64,000 nt of DNA from Macrostomum lignano (lineage: Eukaryota): NCBI GenBank assembly GCA_002269645.1, contig NIVC01001156.1, positions 62,001 through 126,000 of the forward strand, given 5' to 3'. The notes below the pieces were generated by a model. It worked only from the letters and a program-made list of their open reading frames with translations, made no database searches and had not been told where the DNA came from. This document shows, one piece after another, positions 51,673-64,000 of this stretch (its first letter is position 1; each line of letters opens with the position of its first letter). Both the position numbers and the translations under genes were made by a program.

Positions 51673-54600
51673 CTGGTGAGTGAGCAGGCAATATTTGGAT
51701 CTGTTGGCTTGGGAGCGCAGGTTAGTTAAACAGAGTTTTACCCTTAGAACTGGACAGCAGAGCTAGTAGATGCCTAAAACTACATGCAGTTGTATAAGTA
51801 CATAATTTATAGCCAAATACTATTGTCATTGTCAATAAATGCTTAACGACTTCACATTTTCACATCCGTATGCCGAAAGACTTCAGAGACCATAAATAGC
51901 TGAGTAAAATTGAAGGCTGTATCTTTATCCTGCGCGTGCACATGCACAGGTCGTTTTAATATTGCTACCAGATTGTGCGGCACGGCACCTTCGGAATCCC
52001 CAAGCATATACAAAGCAATTCCTCGATTAATAGCGATTTATTTCGCGTTAGTTGACTCTGGTCAATCATCGACCGAAAGAATGTGCAACAGCCCTGCCCA
52101 CTGGGTTGTAGGGCTTGTTATTGTGCGCCAGTGTGCCAATGTGATCTTACTGGTAATTTTTCAGTCGATCGGGTGGGGTTGGTGGGGCTTTACGTCAAAG
52201 TCGGAATCCTAACGGCCACCACAACCCCATCCCCAAACCAATGTACACAGGTTTTTTTTATTAGAGGCAGGGGGGTTGTGTGCACCCTGGCGCACTTTAA
52301 GCGACATAGGCACACAAACCGGCGAGAGGCATTGCTGCCCATTCCGCCGACTCCCCTGAGCAGGCACACAAGCGCGCGGATACGTACGCAGGCACACACT
52401 CACACAGGAGTGTACAGCGGCCCTAACTTTATTTTATCGTTAGGCATGTACACTTCACTGCGCCTTGGGGGGGGGGGGTTGGCCGTTAATTGCACGAGCA
52501 GAGCCAAGCCGAGATTCCAATTCAGCCCCAAATTAATGTGACTGCACTTGGAATCGAGCCTGGGTCGCTGGCAAACCAGAGCCTGCGCTACCGCTGGGCT
52601 ACGGCCCCCCGTACACAGGCTTAGTCGTGGCTTCTGCAATGTACATCCGAGAGACGGCTGGCGCTACTTGGAAAGTCCAATTGATAAAATCGATATTTAC
52701 ACTCATCTTAAAACTTCTCCCAATCAGTGTACATTGGGAGGGGTTGTCTGTTTGATTTTAGAACAGCTGCAGCAACCCACTGATAATACAGAATAGCAAT
52801 TAAGTCAGTCGCTCGAATCGAAACCACAAGCCCTCCCCCAGATAAGCTTGATAGTTGGAGCTGGACCAGTTAAACTGTTTGAATAGCCATATTAGCCATA
52901 GCCAGCACAGAAAAAGAGCCAGCCTGATTTCACAGGGCTTGAAATGAGATAATGTAAATTTAGAACCTTTTTGTCCTTTTTCCCATCTGTTTTTTTACTG
53001 TTTCATCTGGGCCCAGCCTTTCGTTGCACTCTTTGCTTTGGTACAAAAAGAAGAATTCTCTGTCCAGACTTAATTCATTCACTGGGAGGGGCCGCATGGA
53101 TCCATTATTACCTTTACCTTGCCAGTCCATGCAGTTGCCGCGTCCCACCCGCCCAGTCCTTTTAAATTCATTGATCGATGCTAACACAGGGCTGAGGTGA
53201 AATTAACGCGGTTGGGAATCCCAAATGGAGCAGTAACAGTATCCATTGACTTTGTTGTTTTTGTTCTGAGTCATTTTTGACTCTATTTGTATCCTCCAGA
53301 TGGCATGCAATGCAATCAAGAAACAGCATCGAGTTTCAACCAGAAATCCTAGTTAATTTCTACTCCCAAAAATATCCCTCCGGCAAGGGCGCTAGGAGAA
53401 AAAGAGATAAATCAAACTGAATGCGATCTACCCGACGTTCTGGCTTATTTTCGTATCAGCCTCACCAGTGCGCCGCAGTAAATCCCCCTAATCCTCTTAC
53501 TTATTCTCCTACTTTCCTTCATCAAAGAATAGTTATTTCGATCGCGCTGGATCGGGGCAGGCGGATCGGCTTTTCCGCTCACCTGCGCTAATTAGGCCGG
53601 CGGGGAGGGGATTAGGCCGCAATGCCCCAGTGTGGTAAGCAGCGATCAACTCAACTGCCTAATGACTGCCAGATGGGTGGGGGCTGCGGGCTCAGAGCCT
53701 TGCTCGAATTCGCCCTTCTCCTTTGGTCGGGTCGTTAAGCGGGGCAAGCGAGAAGTTGAGTCGGCCATTTTCTTTACCTTGAACAAATATAGGTAGAGGC
53801 CAGCCAGAACTTGTAGAGGCCCACCAACACCCTCAAAAGATTTTCCCCGATGGCGTTCCCAGGGGACATTTGAGCCCTGCAACCTGGCCAGCATGGTGCA
53901 GCTAGCTTGGTCCACCCTCCTTGCATGAACGGGTCCGCCTATTTATTATTGAATATTTGTCGCGCATAGACAGACGACAGATCGGCGAAAAATTCCAATT
54001 TGTGCCGCACGGTTGGGCAAAATTATCAACAAAAATTTGCTGCCCGAACAGCTGAGCTGGGGGGGGCATCTATTGGGGAGGGGAGCGACGGCCTGGGTTG
54101 ATTCCTTGGAGAATGTTGATGAAGAGCGGGGGGCAGAGAGGCAGAAAAGGCAGCTACAGATGGGCTCAGCAGTCTGCGTGAGGGAGAGGCTGCAGGATGC
54201 TTGGCCTTTCCTTCGTCGAATCGATTCCGACCGTCCGGTTCTCAGGACGATTCTCAAAAAAATGGAAAATGAGAGCCCCAACTGAGGGGCAGGCACAGGG
54301 GACCGTGTGTTAGGGAGATGGAGAAAATGAAAGATTTTGGTTGGCATGAATTTAGCATTCAGCCTTGGAGCTGAGGGACCGCGGCTGGCGCATGCTCGGG
54401 AATCTCGGCCGTACTCGGCCATTAATTAAAGCGTACACCCAATCGTAGCTCGGGCTCCGTTAGCCGCTTCAATTCCCGCTTGTCTCTCCCTAGGGGAGTT
54501 GAGCCGAGTTGAGTCCTTCATTCGACTCGAAGGGGGGCTACGCATATGTACATTGTCTCCCGCGCTGACAGCTGGGCATGACGGAATCCATCCCAGCCCT

Positions 54601-55418
54601 CGGGCCTGAACTGTAGTACGGATATTATTCCGTACTTACTTACTTATTTACTGACAGACGGGGCCGCTCATTACACTGATAGAAGGCCAATCTGGAAAGT
54701 GATCACGTGACGTGAGACTCGGCTATCGCCAATATATAGCGCCAATTAGCATGATTGAATCCGCGGGGTCAGGGCGCGGACGAGAGGGAACTCAAGGGGT
54801 AACCGTCCATAAATTACTCTACATATTAGTGCATCGTGTGTGAGTAATTTTGAAATAATAAAATACACAGATTGAAGTTTTTCCTTTAAGTTTTTCACAA
54901 CAAACTTGGCGCTTTCGCGGAGTAAGTCAGAATTCGGCCGGCCTCTATCCAGAAGAGACAAATCTTGGCATGCAGCTCAATCGTTAAATTAAATTAAGAG
55001 CAGTCACCCTTCCGAGATGACCCAGAAGAAGTACTTAAGCACTGCTAAGTGCGAGGACGTCCTGTTTGAGGCGCGAAAAGAGTCGTCTGAAGTGTCGAGG
55101 AGTTGCAGAAATGAGCAGCCTCTCAGCCTCCTGACCCGCGCTCTTCCCTCATCAGCTCCCCGAGAGAGAGAGCCGTGGCAACACAATCAAGCAACAACTT
55201 GGCCTGTAATAGGTTAGCATAGAGAGCCGGCCACTTTCTCCAGAACAGTTCAAACCCAATCAGCGAAGCAATTTTGGGCGTCTCCATTGCACATCCTGGC
55301 CGCGCGACTCCACTGAGCTCCTGGCGAGAAGTACTTTTCTGTGCTTTTACAGGGGATTTTGGGAGATCATGCAGGCAGGTGACCCGATTCGCGCATTCAA
55401 TAGGATGTCCATCGCCGC

Positions 55419-56758
<1,340 letters not shown>

Positions 56759-57894
56759 ATAATGTTTTAGGCAATAATACGCTCAATTCGGAAGCCTTTG
56801 AGATCAATGCTTCCGGGCAAGTGAAGCTCAGTCTGCTCCTAATTCAATCAGCGTGCTCAACTCTAGCCCAGGGCAAAGCACAGGTTTTATCTTGAGACGA
56901 AATAAGGCAGCCGCTGTCCTATCTGGATATAAATTATGGCCAAGTGCTCCATTGCACCTGTGTGAGGCGAATAAAACTGAGCTTCCCCCAGGGTCCTGTA
57001 TCCGCTTTGTGTCGCCATCATTACATCCTTCTGTCCAGTCTCTCTCAACCATTACAACCCGAACTTGACCCCCGTGTCTGGCTGCCTGCTGAGGCTTTCT
57101 GAGACTCGCATGGCCTGAGAGGCTGCTCGAACAGCAGCATGCTCGAGTCGAATTCGAACTCTAACGAGCCAGGTGGCATGAAGGCTGCAAGATGAAGCTG
57201 AGAGACACGGGGAACTGACAAAACTGCAGATGTAGCGCTCAGTCCGCTTCAAGCCCTCCATCTGTGTATTCGCACTCCTAAGCGGCAGTTGGTGATAAAT
57301 GACCACCCCCTCCAAAATATGGAACCGGGGCTTTGCTGGATGAGCAATGGTTGCCGGGCAGTTTCTGGGGGGGGGGGGCAAGGATCCGGAGCTCGCCCTG
57401 GAGCAATTATTATTCACAATGCATTATTGATCGGCCTAGCCGGCTGCCTGTGGCTAATTGTGCCCGGACTCAGCCCTGCCCCCTGCTCAGCATGGCGCAG
57501 AATAATCCCCTCCCTGAGTCCGAGCAGTGAAGTTGGGAGCAATTTTTCACACCCCTCCGGACACGCTGGTCACGCTCCTCGGATCCCAAAACTGGAAAAC
57601 CCAAGCCAGGCAGACAGGCAGACAGGCAGGCCCAACCCCGCCCCAGACTCCTCTGGCACCGTAGGGCATGCACTGCTGGCCTTTGCGGCAGCAGCAGGTG
57701 GGTCTTCCTGCGTCTCACAAGTGCCCGATGAGAGCGGCTCTCCACATTTAAGAGGCTGCTGCATTCTCTGCTATCTGGGTGACTGTTTGTGTGCTGTGGG
57801 CCCATTTTATTTCATCAATGCATTGCCTCTGAGCGTGGCCTTCGTCACCCAATCGCCCTCCACTTGCCTCTAGCGACTCTCCTGCTCTGTTTGG

Positions 57895-59830
57895 CTCTCC
57901 ATTCTCTCCGATACTGTCTCCGTTCTCTCTCCATTCTCTCTCCGTTCTCGCTCTATTCTCTCTCCATTCTCTCTCCGTTCTCGCTCTATTCTCTCTCCAT
58001 TCTCTCCCACCCTGTTTCCATTCTCTCTTCTTTCCCTCTTCATTCTCACTCCTTTCTCTCTCCCCTTCTCTCTCTCATTCTCTCTCTCATTCTCTCTCTC
58101 TCTCCATTCTCTCTCCATTCTCTCTCCCATTTTCTCTCCCATTCTCTCTCCCATTCTCTCTCCCCCATTCTCTCTCCCATTCTCTCTCTCCCATTCTCTC
58201 TCCCATTCTCTCTCCCATTCTCTCTCCCATTCTCTCTCTCCCATTCTCTCTCCCATTCTGTCTCGCATTCTCTCTCTCATTCTCTCTCTCTCTCCATTCT
58301 CTCTCGCATTCTCTCTCCCATTCTCTCTCTCCCATTCTCTCTCCCATTCTCTCTCGCATTCTCTCTCTCATTCTCTCTCTCTCTCCATTCTCTCTCCCAT
58401 TCTCTCTCCCATTTTCTCTCCCATTCTCTCTCCCATTTTCTCTCTCCCATTCTCTCTCCCATTCTCTCTCGCATTCTCTCTCGCATTCTCTCTCCCATTC
58501 TCTCTCTCCCATTCTCTCTCCCATTCTCTCTCGCATTCTCTCTCTCATTCTCTCTCTCTCTCCATTCTCTCTCCCATTCTCTCTCGCATTCTCTCTCCCA
58601 TTCTCTCTCCCATTCTCTCTCTCCCATTCTCTCTCCCATTCTCTCTCGCATTCTCTCTCTCATTCTCTCTCTCATTCTCTTTCTCCCATTCTCTCTCCCA
58701 TCTCTATCCCATTCTCTCTCTCCCATTCTCTCTCCCATTCTCTCCCCCCCTTCTCTCTCTCCCATCTCTATCTCATTCTCTCTCTCCCATTCTCTCCCCA
58801 TTCTCTCTCCCATCTCTATCTCATTCTCTCTCTCCCATTCTCTCCCCCATTCTCTCTCCCCCATTCTCTCTCTCCCATTCTCTCTCCCATTCTCTCTCCC
58901 ATTCTCTCTCCCCCATTCTCTCTCCCATTCTCTCTCCCATTCTCTCTCTCCCATTCTCTCTCCCATTCTCTCTCCCCCATTCTCTCTCCCATTCTCTCTC
59001 CCCCATTCTCTCTCCCATTCTCTCTCCATTCTCTCTCTCCCATTCTCTCTCCCCCATTCTCTCTCCCATTCTCTCTCTCATTCTCTCTCTCTCATTCTCT
59101 CTCTCCCAACTCTTTCTCCCATTCTCTCTCTCATTCTCTCTCTCTCCCATTTTCTCTCATTCTCTCTCCCATTCTCTCCCCATTCTCTCTCCCTCATTCT
59201 CTCTCTCCCATTCTTTCTCTCATTCTCTCTCTCCCATTCTTTCTCTCATTCTCTCCCCCATTCTCTCTCTCCCATTCTCTCTCCCATTCTCTCTCCCCCA
59301 TTCTCTCTCCCATTCTCTCTCTCATTCTCTCTCTCTCATTCTCTCTCCCATTCTCTCTCCCCCATTCTCTCTCCCATTCTTTCTCTCATTCTCTCTCTCC
59401 CATTCTCTCCCCCATTCTCTCTCCCCCATTCTCTCTCCCCCATTCTCTCTCCCATTCTCTCTCTCATTCTCTCTCTCTCATTCTCTCTCTCCCAACTCTT
59501 TCTCCCATTCTCTCTCTCATTCTCTCTCTCTCATTCTCTCTCTCCCAACTCTCTCTCCCATTTTCTCTCATTCTCTCTCCCATTCTCTCCCCATTCTCTC
59601 TCCCTCATTCTCTCTCTCCCATTCTTTCTCTCATTCTCTCTCTCCCATTCTTTCTCTCTCTCTTCTCTCCCCCCTTCTCTCTCCTTCTCTCTCCCATTCT
59701 CTCTCTCTCGTCTCTCCCCTTCTCTCTCCTATTCTTTCTCTCTCCCATTCTCTCTCCTATCTATCTCTCATTCTCTCTCTCCGATTCTCTCTCCGATTCT
59801 CTCTTCATCTCCACCTCTCTCCCCTCTCTC
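57895..59830. repeat. CT-rich repeat (CTCTCTCCCATT-type, 12-14 bp), about 1.9 kb
   Basis: Directly visible. Confidence 0.95.
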
Positions 59831-60319
59831 CCTCTCTCTTACCCTATGCCTCACATATTTACCTCGCACTCATTCCTTCGTTATTTTTAGGCAATTTTTT
59901 CTAACAAGAATCATTTTCTACCACTTCCCAAACTAAACTCTTGTCTTCCTCATCAAGCCGCCACTCAGCATCCGCCATCCGAGTCCGAGCAAGTCCGTGG
60001 AAGAAAAAGCAGAAAGAAACCTGGGCCACTCGACGATTAGCAAGAGTTGAAGAGCGCAATTTGGCGAGCCCGGACAGTCCGGCATTGATTTCGGCCGCGC
60101 AGAAGTTGCCGCTTTTCTTATCTCAAGAGAGTCTTCTGGGACATTTTTGACGTCTGTCTGTCCTTTGGTTGGGCGGCCGCAGCAGGGAGTGCAAAGAGAG
60201 GATCTGGAAAGGAAACTGGACTGGGGCCAGGGACTTCTGAAACCCATCCTTGGCTGGAAGGCGAGCTGTCTGCGAGTATCTATCGCCCTGGGGCCCAGTC
60301 TGAGGCTCTGCTTCTTTTT

Positions 60320-61310
60320 CTCCTCTCTCTCTCTCTCTCACTCACTCCTCTCTCATTCCCCTCTCTCATTCCCTCTGTCTCATTTTCTCTCTGTCTCATT
60401 CCCCCTCTCTCATTCCCCTCTGTCTCATTCCCTTCTCTCATTCCCCCTCTGTCTCACTCACTCCTCTCTCATTCCCCTCTCTCATTCCCCTCTGTCTCAT
60501 TTTCCTCTGTCTCATTCCCCCTCTCTCATTCCCTCTCTCATTCCCCTCTCTCATTCCCCTCTGTCTCATCCCCTCTGTCTCATTCACCTCTCTATTCCCC
60601 TCTGTCTCATTCCCCTCTGTCTCATTCCCCTCTGTCTCATTCCCCTCTGTCTCATTCCCCTCTGTCTCATTCCCCTGTCTCATTCCCCTCTGTCTCATTC
60701 CCCTTCTCTCATTCCCCCTCTGTCTCATTCCCTCTGTCTCATTCCCCCTGTCTCATTCCCCTCTATCTCATTCCCCTTCTCTCATTCCCTCTGTCTCATT
60801 CCCCTCTTCATTCCCCTCTGTCTCATTCCCCTCTGTCTCATTCCCCCTCTGTCTCATTCCCCCTCTGTCTCATTCCCCCTCTGTCTTATTCCCCTTCTCT
60901 CATCCCTCTGTCTCATTCCCTCTCTCATTCCCCTCTGTCTCATTCCCCTCTCTTATTCCCCTCTGTCTCATTCCCCTCTGTCTCATTCCCCTCTGTCTCA
61001 TTCCCTCTGTCTCATTCTTCTCTGTCTCATTCCCTCTCTCATTCCCCTCTGTCTCATTCCCCTCTGTCTCATTCCCCTCTGTCTCATTCCCCTCTGTCTC
61101 ATTCCCCTTCTCTCATTCCCCTCTGTCTCATTCCCCTCTGTCTCATTCCCTTCTCTCATTCCACTCTGTCTCATTCCCCTCTGTCATTCCCTCTCTTATT
61201 CCCCTCTGTCTCATTCCCCCTCTGTCTCATTCCCCTCTGTCTCATTCCCTCTGTTCATTCCCCTCTGTCTCATTCCCCCTCTCTTCCTTCTCTCCCCTTC
61301 CTCTCTATCC
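60320..61310. repeat. 15-bp CT-rich repeat (TCTCATTCCCCTCTG)
   Basis: Directly visible. Confidence 0.93.
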
Positions 61311-61739
61311 TAAGCAACCCGTAGGTCTCCGCACGCAGTCCTCGATGGTCCTTGAGCAGTTCGGATGCAAACTCCAAATTACTAAGTTAAAGCTCCTTGG
61401 AGACTGAAAAATAGGAGTCGAAGCAATTTTTAACTAAAATTTTCTTAGCACGAAAGATTGAAGCGTTGTCGAGCGAACAGGGCTAGAGCCTAGAGCGTAA
61501 AATTTCCAGGCAACTGTGAGTCAGATTTTTTTAATTGAAAAGGTATGTTAAGGCAGGCTGTTAGGGGCAGCAAATTTTAATTTATTCTGATGACAGAATT
61601 TAATTTAGAAACCGCATTTATGCTGCGTAGGAAAGTCAGAATGCTGCAAGCAAACAGTTGGAGACGGCTGAAAACACCGAGAAGACTGAGAAGTAGACAG
61701 GTAGAGGGAGGAGTAGGCAGGAAAAGGCATGTTGACGCG

Positions 61740-62016
61740 AGGGGTTTGTAGCCTGGTGGTCAGAGCGTCGGACTCATAACTGACTGAAAGGTCGGGGGTT
61801 CGATTCTCAACCCACTCGGAACAAGTTGTGTCCTTGAGCAAGACACCTAACTCTGCATTGCTTCAGTTCACCCAGCTGTAAAATGGGTGCCAGCATTAGC
61901 TGGGGTAATTGAGGCTGTGTGTGGCGACTCCCAGTAGTCCCCAGCTGCGGCTGAGCTGTCGGTTGTACATCAGCCCATTAGGACAGGTGTAATCAATTGT
62001 TTTTATTATTATTATT
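61740..62016 (+). mobile_element. tRNA-derived SINE with a CORE-like central domain and (ATT)n tail
   Basis: A box TAGCCTGGTGG, B box GGTTCGATTCT, then TGTGTCCTTGAGCAAGACACCTAAC...CTTCAGTT...CTGTAAAATGGG resembling the MIR/CORE domain; ends in TTATTATTATTATT. Confidence 0.7.
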
Positions 62017-62076
62017 CTTGGATACGAGGGAGAAGAGACAGGTAGAGAAAGACGCAGAAGCAGCGAGCGGCCTCAC

Positions 62077-62386
62077 CCTCCAAACAGAAAATCTGCTGCC
62101 GCTTCATCAGGCCGGCAAAGAACGCGGCCCCGCACTGGCAGTTGTCAGCTGAGCAGGTGACATTTTCTTGACGCCTCCGAGCTCTGGCAGCGGCGCCACC
62201 GGCTGCTGGCCACCAGGACCGGCAGTTTGTCTGCGCCGCGCACGGCTCCGGGCAGAGCGCCGGGCCGGAGCAGTTCAGGCTGGGGCCGCCGCCGCAGCTG
62301 CAGCAGCAGATGATGCTGGCGCAGATGATGCCGAAGCAGCACAGAGCCCGCGCCGCGGATGCACCGGTGGGACGGCCTGTCGGCAT
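62077..62386 (-). CDS. SUEL-lectin membrane protein, exon 1: signal peptide plus Cys-rich segment (MPTGRPTG...ALCCFGIICASIICCCSC...QIFCLE)
   Basis: ATG at 62386, hydrophobic N-terminus, donor GAG G|GTGAGG (phase 1) matching the phase-1 acceptor of the lectin exon. Extra exons within the 10.4-kb intron cannot be excluded. Confidence 0.65.
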
Positions 62387-62765
62387 TTCTTAGCCTTCGC
62401 AGGGAATCGGCAAGATGCGCGGCTGGGGAGCGGAGCTGGCAGTTGAGTCGGGCACTCGCGGCCTGCCATCCTGCCTGCCTACCTGCCTATATGGCACTGG
62501 GGGCGGCCGCCTGCCGCAGGATTTGTTGGCACGGGGCCAGCCAATCGGTGACTGCTTGGAATCTGGGAAACAGATTCGGGCATTTGATTTGGCTGCTGTT
62601 GAGCTGGCTGGGGGGGTTAAGTTGAGGGCGTGGCATCCATGAGGCATACTGTTGTGCTTAGCGGCCTGTGGGGCCGAAATCAGAGGGTTAGTGCTTGTTC
62701 ATTACCCGGGGAACTGCAGGGTTACTGAGGCCGACAGATATACGGAGGGGACCGAATGAATGAGG

Positions 62766-63147
<382 letters not shown>

Positions 63148-63699
63148 TGCCCAGCATTAGCTTTCTACTCGCATGACTTTTGGCTCACATGAGCATTAAT
63201 GATTTTGATCCAGCGGTGGCTGCAGAGAGACACGGAGACAGCCCGGACTAAACGGGAACGCAGAGCCAACAAGGGCGAAGCCTCTCAAGCCGAAGCAGAC
63301 GCGATAGCTGCTTCCATTATTGCACTGAAATTAGAGGCCCTGGCTGAGGACAAAGCCGCCCATTGTTCCAACGAAAGTGGAAATGCAAACTGCGCGGTCT
63401 GATGAAGGGGCAGCGGGGAGAGAGCGGGTGGGAAGCCGAGAGAGGTGGCGGAGTAGCGGCAGTCCCGCAGTCTTCGCAAAAGGTAAAAAATAGATCCCAC
63501 TTCCGCAGTGGCTGAGGTGTGAGCTCAGCGTGAGTCGAGCCATGCACCTGATTAGTGCAGATGCGGATCCTAGAACTGATGAGAACTGTTTTTTGTGGGG
63601 AAGGAGGGAGAGGGATGTGCCTGGCAGGGCTTGTGAGCAAGGTGGGCCCAGACTGTCTGGCAAAACTGGTAGGAAAATCTCAGCGGGAAAACTTCGCCA

Positions 63700-64000
63700 T
63701 TGGAAACCGCCATGAGAAACCTTCGCCGTTGAAAACCTTCGCCGTTGAAAACCTTCGCCATGAGAAACCTTCGCCGTTGAAAACCTTCGCCATGAGAAAC
63801 CTTCGCCGTTGAAAACCTTCTCCGTTGAAAACCTTCGCCATGAGAAACCTTCGCCGTTGAAAACCCTCGCCGTGAGAAACCTTCGCCGTGAGAAACCTTC
63901 GCCGTGAGAAACCTTGCCGTGAGAAACCTTGCCGTGAGAAACCTTCCGTCGGAAACCTTCGCCGTGAGAAACCTTGCCGTGAGAAACCATCGCCGTGAGA
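63700..64000. repeat. 16-bp repeat (GAAAACCTTCGCCGTT / GAGAAACCTTCGCCAT), runs off the window edge
   Basis: Directly visible. Confidence 0.92.

Overview
Eukaryotic (metazoan invertebrate) genomic DNA. GC-rich exons sit in introns packed with tandem repeats, a style that would fit a flatworm such as Macrostomum; this is inference and the species was not verified. Three spliced genes can be reconstructed by hand. (1) An anoctamin/TMEM16 gene on the minus strand: 7 coding exons, 14275->1913, about 946 aa, with intact Ca2+-binding residues but a 1-nt frameshift in a G-run of exon 5. (2) A couch potato/RBPMS/mec-8 RRM gene on the plus strand: 8 exons, 22448->about 42843, whose second RRM appears truncated. 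(3) A small type-I membrane protein with a divergent SUEL/rhamnose-binding-lectin domain on the minus strand: 3 exons, 62386->50483. Also present are an intronic tRNA-Lys(CTT), a tRNA-derived CORE-like SINE, and about 35 tandem arrays covering roughly a third of the window. The least explained stretch is 46950-50110, between the converging cpo and lectin genes. It holds a dense cluster of GTCTATGG motifs, perfect hairpins/palindromes and a stop-interrupted ORF resembling the two ends of a Crypton tyrosine recombinase. Most long ORFs in the supplied track are repeat artefacts. No CRISPR array or prokaryotic system is supported. Repeat boundaries are approximate (read by eye).
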